The notes beneath the pieces are model-generated. The model made no database searches. It saw nothing but the letters and a program-made list of their open reading frames with translations, and had not been told where the DNA came from. This document shows positions 14,201-24,295 of a DNA stretch of 64,000 nt, piece after piece. The translations under genes were made by a program, and so were the position numbers. Numbering within the stretch: position 1 is the first letter of the stretch; every line of letters starts with the position of its first letter. The DNA comes from Octopus sinensis (taxonomy: Eukaryota), in the NCBI RefSeq assembly GCF_006345805.1, contig NC_043000.1, positions 10,478,001 through 10,542,000 of the forward strand, in the 5' to 3' direction.

Positions 14201-17200
14201 GGCATTGGTCAGCCCAGGACTATAGTGGAAGACTCTTGCCCAAGGTGCCATAGGACTAAACCAGAAAGCACATGGTTGCAAAGGGAGGTTCTTAACTACA
14301 CATACAGATGTTTTATATATTTTTATATAGACTTGGTTTATACAGGTGTTAAGTGTTATAGCTTTGGGACAAACATTAGAGTATTGAAGTAAATGATTTA
14401 TTCTCTCTATTCCACCTTCTCACCTGTCATTAGTCCAAATATCCACTGGATCAACTTCAGTCTCATCTTTCCAGAGTCATCATCATCATCATCATCATCA
14501 TTTAACGTCTGTTGTCCATGCTGGCATGGGTTGGACAGTTTGACTGGGCTTGTACGATGGAAGGCTATGCCAGGATCCAGTTTGATTTGGCATGGTTTTC
14601 TACAGCTGGATGCCTTTCCTAAAGCCAACCACACCAAGAGTGTAATGGGTGCTTTTACATGCCACTGGCACAGGTGCCATTTGCATGACACTGCTATCTA
14701 CCACAACTGCAATTTTGCTCAGTTTGATGGGTCTTCTTCTCAAACACAACATAATGTACCTACAAAAATACTGAAGTTGATTTTATTTTATTTTCTTTTT
14801 CTTTTCTGAGTTTCAGTCATTGACCTGTGGTCATGCTGGAGTACTGCTTTCTAGGATATTGGCAATTATATCAATACCAGTATTATTTTATTGACAAGTC
14901 AATTGCGTCTAGTAACCTATCTGAAGAGTTCATGATTGGTTACACTGCAAACTACTTCTTGCATTTACCATATCTGTATTCACACTTCTCTGTCGGTCTA
15001 TTAAAGACTCCACTACATAGTTTGTGGTCCCATTTCTTTCACTAATTATTCTGTCTTTAGTTTCTAACTGCTCCCTTCTTACTTATTGAGTATGGTCACT
15101 CCTGTATAGTACAGTAATGCCTTTATATATGAGTTAATTTGTTACTAGAGATTGCTCGTAAAGTAAAAACTCGTAAAGCAGAGCAGTAATTTCCCATAGT
15201 AGCAATGAAATTTTATGCCGTCGCTGTGCAGATACATCAGAACCAGTGTTTCCACACACAAAATGGTTGTTTAACCCTTTTATGTTTATTATAAAATAAA
15301 ACTCGTAAACCTGAGGTCTCATAAAGTGGGTCCTCGTGAAGTGAGGTATTACTGCATTGTGTTGTATACCCTCTGCCGAAGGCGCATGGCTCAGTGGTTA
15401 GAGCGTCGAGCTTACGATCGCAAGGTTGTGAGTTCAAATCCCAGACCAGGCTGCGTGTTGTGTTCTTGAGCAAGACACTTTATTTCACGTTGCTCCAGTT
15501 CACTCAGCTGTAGAAGTGAGTTGCGATGTCACAGGTGCCAAGCTGTATCGGCTGTTGCCTTTCCCTTGGGTAACACTGGTGGTGTGGAGAGGTGGGGGCG
15601 GTATGCATGGGCAGCTGCTGGTCTTCCATAAAAACAACCTTGCTCGGACTTGTGCCTGGGAGGGTAACCTTCTAGGTGCAATCCTACAGTCAGTCATGAC
15701 CGTTGGGTTGTTTCAGCTGCTACTTAATACTTGGGTCATCTAAAATCTGTTCTACGTGTTTCACAATGAAAACTGAAAGGTATCTTTCTAACCTTAAATT
15801 TCTGTATTAATATTTTGAGAACTATAATTAATACAAGGAAGCTAAAAACAGAGTTTTTGTCACACTTAACTGTACACTAAATTCTCATTGAATTTGCTGC
15901 TGATTCTTTCCTTGCTAACAGCATTCAGTTCCATCATTTGTGATTTTTCACTGTTCACACAAGTGATACATGTACATTTAGATTCGTTAAGGATCCATTA
16001 GACTACAAAGTATGGAGTTTTATCTAAAGTCATCTCCAGATAAATTACTACATTGTAGGAATTTTTTGCATGAGATAAAAACCAAGGCTGTGTAGATATT
16101 AGAACATTTATAGATAAAAGGTCTTACAGCTGTTTCTAGGATATTTATTAATTATATCCCTTCATCAGAGACGGTGTGTGAGGATGGTTAAGTCATAATT
16201 AGTTTAGATGTGATACAAAATAGAAAGTAGGAAGTAAAATGGTTTCTTTTGAAGAACTTCTCTTGTTGATATCTTATTTTTAGGCATAAATAATTGTTAG
16301 TCACTGGTGTTTAAATAAAATTTAATTTAGTTTAAATGTCATTTAATTTGTGATAGCTACAAGATTCAAAGGTAACTGTTTATGTTAATTGTTTGTTTCT
16401 TGATGATTGATTCATTCTGTTTTAATTTTTCATTAATTAGTTAGTCTGTGGGAGAAGGGAAAATCATTGCACCCTAATTAATCCTTTTGTCTTTTGTCTG
16501 TTTCAGATTCCAGTTTTAGACTTTGACACATTCTGTTGGTCTTACATCACAAGCTCTAGAGATATTAAGAATGGTCAGTATAGATTTTTGATTCACCATA
16601 AATAAATTGATATTCCTCATTAACTCATATCAATCTAATTGGAAATTAAAGATTGACATTGCTACAAATCAAATTCTTTCCCACAAAATGGTAACTTTTG
16701 AAATCTTTGTCCTAATATCATTTTCTATTTCAGGTTTGCCATTAGATAGGAAATGCCATGGCTGTGTTCATTATAAACATTGTAAGCTACTTTTTATTAT
16801 ATTTCTCTTCACTTCATTAGTAAGTCAGTATTTATTGATCTAAGTTCATTATCACATGGTCAATGTATGCTACCATATACACACATTGCTTTAACCCTTT
16901 TCATATCAGCCTACCTGAGACTACACCTGGTTCTGTGATACTCTCTCTTTCTCTTTGGTTACACTGCTTTCACAGATTCCCATGACTTTCTGTTGCCATC
17001 CAATTCCATTATTATGAATCAGAATTGGGAGCTTGCATCATAGTGAATCTTTTATTACCTGATTACACAACCATGGATGTTACCCCTATGGATGTGTTGC
17101 ATTTACTCTCTTGACGGAGCATGGTAATCCTGACCATTAATCTTCTAGGATTCTTCCACTCAATATGTAAGAAGCACCATTGGCTCAGTTGAGCTCTTTC

Positions 17201-20200
17201 ACTACCTCTTCACAATCTGCCATGCTGCATTCCCATGACTGCACTATATCCTTGACAGGGTGGCTGAATGGGTGCTATACTTTGCCAAAAGCGACCCTTA
17301 ACTATGAGGTATTTTCAGAATATCTGCATACTCAAGACAGAAAATTCCCATTTTAAATCTTAAAGCATTTAAACCAGCCATATCTGGCCCTACCTGTTTT
17401 TTTGTTTTGGCCACATCCAGCCTCTCACATGACCTACACTGTTATTCTAAAAATAAAGTCACATCATTGAAATATCAAAGCTTAATTTAACATAAGGTGA
17501 ATAAATAAACATTACATTTGACAGAGTGATCTGAATGCTAAAATGTTAAACTAATCAAGATTAAAACCTTCCATCAAAATTTCTTGTTACTTTCCAAACA
17601 GCAGCTTAATAACGACAGTTATTTTACTAAATTCTTCATTATTTTAAAAATTAACTGAAACAAAGACAGCATATTTCAACAGAAATCATCATCATCATCA
17701 TTATCATTTAACGTCCATTTTCCATACTGGCATGGGTTGGATGGTTTGACTGAGGACTGGCAAGCCAGAAGGCTGCACCAGGCTCCAATCTGATCTGGCA
17801 AGGTTTCTACAGCTGGATGCCCTTCCTAATGCCAACCACTCTGAGAGTGTAGTGGGTGCTTTTTACATGCCACCAGCACAAGAGCCAGTCAGGTGGTACT
17901 GACATCGACCACACTCGGATGGTGCTTTTTACGTGCCACCGGCACAGGAGCCTGTCAGGCGACACTGGCAACGACCACGCTCAAACGATGCTTTTTATGT
18001 GCCACTGGCACGGGACCAGTCAGGCAGCACTGGCAGCAACCATGCTCAAATGGTGCTTTTTACGTACCACCAACACTAGACCAGTCAGGTAGCACTGGCA
18101 TCGACAGTCATGCAACACTCTAGTAAGAAAAGGATTAAACTTCTTATCTATGCCTTTGTTTTGTTTGATTCTATTCTAAGTGCTATTATATTTCTAAAAG
18201 ATTGAAATAGCAATATCACATTGATAATATAATGTAATTATTGTTCTAGTTGTATATATTTCTAAAGGAATGAAATATGTTGATATGGTAATATCATTCC
18301 ATAATATAAAGTTAATATCATCTACTTGTTGATATTGTTACAGATGTATATATTTGCGGAGGTACGAAAAACAAAATTATTTTCAAAGATGTTTGGAGAT
18401 TCTCTTTAAAATCCCATAGATGGACATATGTTGGAGAAATGCCTAAGAATTTATACTTCCATGGATCTGCTGTATCACCTGTAAGTAGTTTTCTCATTAA
18501 CCATTTTCTTTCAGTTTATAGCTTCTCATTATTTTAACCTATTATTTACAATCCACCTCATTATCCCCTCTTTCTTTCACACTAACCCCTGACATTACTC
18601 TTCCCCTCCATCTTCCTCTGTCTCCTCTACCCCCATCATCATCATCATTATCATCATCGGTTAACGTCTGTTTTCCATGCTGGCATGGGTTGGACGGTTT
18701 GACTGGGGGACTGGCGAGCCAGAAGGTTGCACCAGGCTCCAATCTGATATGGCAAGGTTTCTACAGCTGGATGCCCTTCATAATGCCAACCACTCCAAGA
18801 GTGTAGTGGGTGCTTTTTACGTGCCACTGGCACAGGAGCCAGTTATGCGGCACTGACATCAGTCACATTTGGATGGTGCTTTTTACATGCCAATGGCACA
18901 GGAACCAGTCGGGGGGGGGGGGGGTACTGACCACATTCAGATGGTGCTTTTTTATGTGCCATGGGTACAGGGAGCCAGTCAGGCAGTACTGGCATCGACC
19001 AACGATTGAATGGTGCTTATTATGTGCCACCAGCTTGAGTGCCAGTCAGGCGGCACTGGCATTGGCCACAACTACAATTTCCATTTTGATTTGAATTTTG
19101 ATTTCAACATTATTCTCTTTATTATTCTCTCCATTACTCTCCGTTTGCAGTTCCTTGCCATCAAGGGGAGCACTCTTGTTTTGCAAGCTACACTCCAGCC
19201 CCTACTCCCAACAATCCCAGTGTCACAAAAAACACCCAGTACACTCTGAGTGTTTGGTAATTAAAATCAGACGCTAACAATACAAGGCTTGAAAAGGTTC
19301 TTTAGTCTTGCTGATGGCAAACCAACCACTGTAGTGCTGGTACCATGAAAAATGCACCCAAAGCGTTGCCCTTCCTAACACCAACCACTGTAAAGGACGG
19401 ACACCCAGCCATAGGAACTATGGCCTAAATGAGATATTGTTGGAAGGTGTGGTCCTCTAACACATCGAATCCTGTCAAACCTATAACAGCAAGGAAAGCA
19501 GGTATAAAATGATGGTGATGATAATGACATTGGCGATGGCAGCAGCAATAGCTGTTATTACTGCTACTGCTGCACTTGCAAACATCTTGGGCAGCATCCA
19601 GAAAAGGCCACCCACAAACTGTTCCGGTCTCTGGCCAATGGGCATGCTGTCTCCTCTTTCTGTTTTTTCCATAGTTACTGTAATGGCCTGTGCTCCTTGT
19701 TGTTGTTGTTGTTAAGCAACAAGACGGGTAAGGATGATTAGGTGATGGTCTAGGGCTTAGGGGCAGGAGACCCCAGACCTTGGGGAAAAAAAATTTGGTC
19801 ATCTTGTTGTAGTCGAGGGCTCTTCATTGGCGCCCAACACCACTGGGAGGTGGCCCTCGAAGTCACTGGAAATGGAGATCTCCAGGTCCAAATTCTTGAA
19901 CGGCTGTGCTCCTTGGGGGAAGCTGGGTTCATATGACTGCAACTCAGGCACACCCTTCCGATTTGTCTCCCATCCTCTCATCACCTCCATTCTGTCCCAA
20001 CTTTGCTGGCTTCACACCAATTACTACAGCCAGTCCTTTCTTCCCAGAACGTCACTCATCCCTATAGAATTCCCTTCTGGCTTACATCTTTCCTGCACGC
20101 ATTAATTTATAAAGGGTGCCTGCAAGCAAGAGATTTGTAAAGAGTGCCATTAATGGCATCAAACTCGATCTAGGAAAGCCTGCAAAAAGCTATGGACACT

Positions 20201-22328
20201 GCCTGCAGTCGCTGATTCCTATTTTCCTCTATTTCTTTCTCTGTATTCCCCATGTTAAGCTGTCAGTGGTTTTTATCTTTGTGCGGTAGGCAACTGGAAG
20301 TAGCATCTTATTGAGGAGACAACTATGTGGTTTATATCTAAATGTGGTGCATGTAAGCTAGGCAACTGATGGTGATATCTTAGAGGGAGACAACTGGTGC
20401 GTTTACGCGTGCGTGTAAGGGGAGACAACCGTCTATTTTGTGTGTCTGTGTGTTTGCGCGCGCAAGCACAACCAATTATATCTTCTAGTTATAGTTTACT
20501 TGAGTTGAGGAGGCGCAATGGCCCAGTGGTTAGGGCAGCGGCTCGCGGTCATAGGATCGCGGTTTCGATTCCCAGACCGGGCGTTGTGAGTGTTTATTGA
20601 GCGAAAACACCTAAAGCTCCACGAGGCTCCAGCAGGGGATGGTGGTGATCCCTGCTGTACTCTTTCACCACAACTTTCTCTCACTCTTACTTCCTGTTTC
20701 TGTTGTACCTGTATTTCAAAGGGCCGGCCTTGTCACTCTCTGTGTCACGCTGAATATCCCTGAGAACTACGTTAAGGGTGCACTTGTCTGTGGAGTGCTC
20801 AGCCACTTACACGTTAATTTCACGAGCAGGCTGTTCCGTTGATTCGGATCAACCGGAACTCTCATCGTCGTAACCGACGGAGTGCTTCCACACACTTGAG
20901 TTGAATCTGAATGAAGCTCAACTGAACTGAAACCGGAACCATTTGGTTATCAAACCTCTATGTTCTCTTCCCATAAGATATAACCTAATGTATGTTCTCT
21001 CTCCAGTTTATAGCCTCATGTGTTTTGCAGCTAGGTGTTTATCACCATCACCACCATCATCAGTTAACGTCCTTTTTCCCATGCTAGCATGTGTTGGACG
21101 TTTCAACTTAAACTGATGAGCTAGAGGGTTGCACCAAACTCTGATGTCTGCTTCAGTATGGTTTCCACAGCTAGATGCCCTTTCTGATGCCAACCACTTC
21201 ACAGAGTGTACTGGGTACTTTTATCATGGCTCCAGCATCGGTCGGGTCAACAAGTAACTTTCTAGGCAAGATCCCTCAACTGAATGGGGTACAGTATCGA
21301 TGGTTATGAAAGGGTGATAGTTTATAACCTCAAAATTGTTTCTTAGAGCAATACTCGAGATTTATTCTGATAGAGAATTAACATTTAATAATGGTCTTAA
21401 ATACGTCTTTTATCTTTTACTGGTTTCAATCATTAGACTACAGCCATGCTGGGACACTGCCTTACTGAACTTTTAGTCAAATGTATCGACCTTAGTACTT
21501 ATCTTTTTAAAACCTGGTACTTATTCTACCAGTCTCTTTTGCTGTACTGCTAAGGTACATAGACATAAACACAACACCGGTTGTCAGGCTGTGATGGGGG
21601 ACAGCCTCAATCACAACACACACACACTTATATATAATGCAACAGGCTTCTTTCAATTTTCATCTGTCAAATTCACTCACAAGGATTTGGTCATCCCAAG
21701 GCTATAGTTGAAGACACTTGCCCAAGGTGCCATGCTGTAGTATTGAACCGAGAACCATGTAGTTGGGAAGCAAGCTTCTTACCACAGCCATTCCTGTTCC
21801 TATATGTTATTTAATATAAAATAAGGCGGCGAGCTGGCAGAAACGTTAGCACACTGGGCGAAATGTTTAGCAGTATTGCGTCTGTTGTTGCGTTCTGAGT
21901 TCAAATTCCGACGAGGTCGACTTTACCTTTCATCCTTTCGGGGTCGATAAATTAAGTACCAGTTACACACTGGGGTCGATGTAATCGACTTAATCCGTTT
22001 GTCTGTCCTTGTTTGTCCCCTCTATGTTTAGGCCCTTGTGGGCAATAAAGAAACATATATGTTATTTAATCATATTTTCTTTTCTTTTCTTTATTTCTCT
22101 CTTTTTATTCAGAATGGTTGCATGTATTTATTTGGTGGTGTTACTGAAAATGAACAAAGAGTTAACACACTATTTAGAATGCAACTGGATGTACCAAGCT
22201 TACAAGAAATGTGTTGGAGATATATTTGTCATTATAGTTCTCATTTATACTTGAAGAAAGCAAGTGAACTTCGAGAAATTGGTATTCCTTCACACCTGAT
22301 CAAGAGAATGACTAATTGTCTACTATAG
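3517..22328 (+). CDS. KLHDC10: Kelch domain-containing protein 10 (CRL2 substrate receptor), 5'-partial; join(3517..3632,6003..6087,8167..8339,9571..9707,13561..13645,16507..16573,16734..16781,18344..18480,22113..22328)
   Basis: Spliced ORF with kelch repeats ([72 protein letters not shown]) and a C-terminal BC-box/Cul2-box ([16 protein letters not shown]). All introns are GT-AG and phases are consistent. The start codon lies upstream of the window. Confidence 0.93.
4312..4553 (-). mobile_element. tRNA-derived SINE with V-domain-like tail
   Basis: A box TGGCTTAGTGG and B-box-like GTTTTGATTCC, then GATGGACTGGCGTCCCATCCAG; the tail is related to the copy at 22631-22919. Confidence 0.7.
4826..5053 (-). 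mobile_element. SINE family B (core GACTTTGCCTTTCATCCTTTCGGGGTCGATAAA)
   Basis: Other copies at about 9296-9526, 13921-14151, 21825-22053, 29445-29625, 41560-41765, 44150-44358, 47750-48500 (three copies) and 53980-54211. Confidence 0.85.
5054..5213. repeat. (TA)n/(TACATA)n microsatellite
   Basis: Direct observation. Confidence 0.95.
6003..6087 (+). CDS. KLHDC10: KLHDC10 coding exon
   Basis: cag|GTT..TCAA|gtaagt; [28 protein letters not shown]. Confidence 0.9.
7448..8020 (-). mobile_element. 5'-truncated CR1-clade LINE (ORF2 C-terminus and 3' UTR)
   Basis: Open frame [58 protein letters not shown], typical of CR1 ORF2 ends; short (TAAC)n tail. Confidence 0.88.
8167..8339 (+). CDS. KLHDC10: KLHDC10 coding exon
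   Basis: aag|TG..CAT|gtaagt; [31 protein letters not shown]. Confidence 0.9.
8427..9031. mobile_element. Foldback/MULE-like MITE with about 285-bp TIRs
   Basis: Long inverted arms beginning GGA(T/C)CTTTACCTTTTGACCTAC; exact 8-bp TSD GAGTTACT at 8419-8426 and 9032-9039. Confidence 0.9.
9296..9526 (+). mobile_element. SINE family B, full length
   Basis: GGCGGCGAGCTGGCAGAAACGTTAG..GAGTTCAAATTCC..GTAAAGAAATA. Confidence 0.85.
9571..9707 (+). CDS. KLHDC10: KLHDC10 coding exon
   Basis: ccag|ACT..CCAAG|gtcaga; [34 protein letters not shown]. Confidence 0.92.
10150..10940 (-). mobile_element. Degenerate L1/Tx1-like LINE 3' fragment
   Basis: Broken minus-strand translation resembling the C-terminal zinc-knuckle region (..LPVQD..TCLRC..MH..CP), followed by an (ATT)n-like tail. 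Confidence 0.4.
10944..11290 (-). mobile_element. RTE-type LINE 3' end or derived SINE (family C) with (GAT)n tail
   Basis: Matches the 3' end of the RTE at 11950-13083. Other copies lie at about 6450-6700, 7090-7320, 14477-14750, 17686-18110, 18636-19095, 21050-21300, 35540-35750, 37735-37945, 42320-42730 and 53210-53460. Confidence 0.8.
11950..13083 (+). mobile_element. Degenerate RTE-clade LINE 3' portion with PHD-like zinc finger
   Basis: [35 protein letters not shown], then [35 protein letters not shown]; 3' UTR ends in (GAT)n. Confidence 0.8.
13308..13502. repeat. 97-bp tandem duplication (2 copies)
   Basis: tattaatgactgaatc..gccatgaatt starts at 13308 and at 13405; one substitution. 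Confidence 0.92.
13561..13645 (+). CDS. KLHDC10: KLHDC10 coding exon
   Basis: gtag|A TAC CGG CAT GAA..AAG|gtaata; [28 protein letters not shown] (too short for the ORF track). Confidence 0.9.
15112..15354. mobile_element. Tigger/pogo-like MITE
   Basis: TA|CAGTAATGCCT ... AGGTATTACTG, with internal CTCGTAAA repeats. Confidence 0.65.
15378..15700 (+). mobile_element. tRNA-derived SINE
   Basis: A box TGGCTCAGTGG, B box GAGTTCAAATCC, then TTCTTGAGCAAGACACTT core shared with the 4312-4553 copy. Confidence 0.75.
16121..16172 (-). ncRNA. Minimal type I hammerhead ribozyme motif (Penelope-associated)
   Basis: Minus strand reads GTCT-CTGATGA-AGGGATAT(loop)ATATCCTA-GAA-ACAGCTGT-A-AGAC. It has an intact core, 4-bp stem I, 7-bp stem II, palindromic stem III and a GUA cleavage triplet. 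Confidence 0.72.
16507..16573 (+). CDS. KLHDC10: KLHDC10 coding exon
   Basis: tcag|ATT..AATG|gtcagt; [22 protein letters not shown]; phase fits both neighbours. Confidence 0.85.
16734..16781 (+). CDS. KLHDC10: KLHDC10 48-nt coding exon
   Basis: tcag|GT..CATT|gtaagc; [16 protein letters not shown]. Confidence 0.88.
18344..18480 (+). CDS. KLHDC10: KLHDC10 coding exon
   Basis: acag|AT..CCT|gtaagt; [37 protein letters not shown]. Confidence 0.92.
20509..20893 (+). mobile_element. Young tRNA-derived SINE with 11-bp TSD
   Basis: A/B boxes TGGCCCAGTGG / GTTTCGATTCC, CpG-rich; TSD ACTTGAGTTGA at 20498-20508 and 20894-20904. Confidence 0.85.
22113..22328 (+). CDS. KLHDC10: KLHDC10 terminal coding exon with BC/Cul2 box
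   Basis: tcag|AAT GGT TGC ATG TAT; [39 protein letters not shown]. Confidence 0.92.
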   Translation, partial: NGCMYLFGGVTENEQRVNTLFRMQLDVPSLQEMCWRYICHYSSHLYLKKASELREIGIPSHLIKRMTNCLL

Positions 22329-22630
22329 ATTTATAAATTTATGATATTAATTGTTACTATTTATTTACTATTAATTATTTGTGAAGAATCTGTTCACAAA
22401 TTATTAAAACAATTTCCAAAAAATTTGTTAGTCATTTTATTCTTGTCTTTTGGTTTTATTTATCATTTACTTGTTTCATTCATTAGGATGTGGCCATGTT
22501 GAGGCACTGCCTTGAAGGCTTTAGTTGAACAAATCAAGTTCTGTACTTATCCTATCAGTCTCTTTGGCCCAAACCACTAAGTTACAAGGATGTAAACAAA
22601 CCAACACTGATTGTTGAGCTGTGGATAGGT

Positions 22631-22919
22631 TCCTTCTCAAGCCATATCTGGCTCATAAGGGTCGGTTTCCTTGGTGTATAGGTTCCCCACCTGGACGGGA
22701 CGCTGGTCTGTCACAGGTGAGCTGCAAGATGCAGGAGGACAGAATGAGAGAAAGTTGTGGCGAAAGAGTCAGCAGAAGTTCGCCATTACCTTCTGCCGGA
22801 GCCACGTGGAGCTTAGGTGTTTTGCTCATAAACACATACATCGCCCGATCTGAGATTCAAACCCGCGATCCCTCGACCACAGGTCCGCTGCTCTAACCAC
22901 TAGGCCATGTGCCTCCACA
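22631..22919 (-). mobile_element. tRNA-derived SINE nested in a family A SINE just downstream of the KLHDC10 stop
   Basis: 10-bp TSD GTGGATAGGT at 22621-22630 and 22920-22929; head resembles the 20509 SINE and tail resembles the 4312 SINE. Confidence 0.8.
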
Positions 22920-23396
22920 GTGGATAGGTGGCAGGAGACCTACAGAAAGACACATGTGCACACATACACACACATGTATGATAGGCTTTTTCACTCAATT
23001 TCCATCAACCAAATCCATTCACAAGGCATTGGTTGGTATCAGCCCAGGGCTGTAATAGAAGACACTTGCTCAAGGTGCCACACAGTGGGACTGAATCTGA
23101 AACCATGTGGTTGCAAAAAAATTAATATTCTATTTCACCTCTGAATTTCATTTTCCTCTTATGTGATTCATCATAGAAGGCAAGCTAGCAAAATGAGCTG
23201 AGTATTGCTAAACTAGAGTGCTAGTCCAAGAGAGTAGAATGGTGGAATTGTTAGTGTTAAAGGTGATTCCTTGCTGTTGATGTTAGCCCCTTGATTTGAA
23301 AAGAAGAAAATCATAGATTCTTTGAATTCAAAAGGTTTATTGAATCTATTTATATGGAGAATATAATTAAGAATATAAAAAGTATAAAACAAATGC

Positions 23397-23407
23397 AATA
23401 AAATAAA
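23397..23407 (+). promoter_or_regulatory. Candidate KLHDC10 polyadenylation signal (overlapping AATAAA hexamers)
   Basis: aataaaataaa about 1.07 kb after the stop. The sequence is AT-rich, so this may be chance. Confidence 0.35.
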
Positions 23408-24295
23408 TTAATATCCTCATTATGAAAGAAAAGGATTTTTCTAGAAACTTTTCCACTTCAGGTTTTGGAGAAATGAATGTTTCATTTTTGTTACAGTTAC
23501 ATCAAAATTGGGGCATTTTGATGCCAGAGAAATTTGGATACAGTCTTTTGGGATCCAATCAATTACTTGGCTTTGTTTTTATGTTCATTAGAGTGGAAAA
23601 TCCTTGTTCGCAAAGGTAGGTTGTTGCAAAAGGCAGCAACTTTTTGACTGCCTCCTCATGCCAGGAGAAAAATTTCTATCATAACAAGGAACACATTTTT
23701 AAATATAATTTCACTTAAGTCTAATGAGTCTTCATTTTTACACCCACTTGGGGTAATTTACCCCTGGTCCAAAGAATCTCTCAACTCAAGACTTGCAGTT
23801 CATACTGTAGCTGGCAGTTCACTCTCTTCAAGATATTTGCCAATGAGGGACTATTTTTTAAAATAAAAATCAGTGCTAGGTTGTCATGTTGGCTTTTTTG
23901 ATACTTATTGTTCCTCATATAGTATGTCTTCTATCAAGCTTTTCTGGAGATTATATACTAAAGGTGCTGAGAACTGGATGGTAAACATGCACAGAAAATC
24001 ATAGCAAAGAGGGGCTCCTCATCTAGCTTGGACAATGTGAAACAAAAGGACAAACAACTTGTGTGTGTGTATGTGTTCATAGATGAACAAGAGGAAGAAA
24101 AAGGAGAAAAGTACTCGGTGCATGTAATAGAGTTTATTCATTAATTCTGGAGTAAAACTTTACCATTTCAGTTACCTTGAAGTATATATAAGAAATAGTG
24201 GATGAGGGCAAACTTACTGTAGAGATGGATATTTAGTTGCTATTTCTAGCAGGTCAAGCAACCACATAAATGGTACTTTATTGTTGATTACAATA

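Noticed and set aside
15378-15450. tRNA gene candidates (also 20509-20580 and 22845-22919)
   Set aside because: These are SINE heads: A/B boxes continue into SINE bodies and no clean cloverleaf forms
17855-18110. Repeat-spacer-like array of GGTGCTTTTTACGTGCCAC
   Set aside because: The intervening sequences resemble each other; this is the tandem array in the RTE-type 3' UTR
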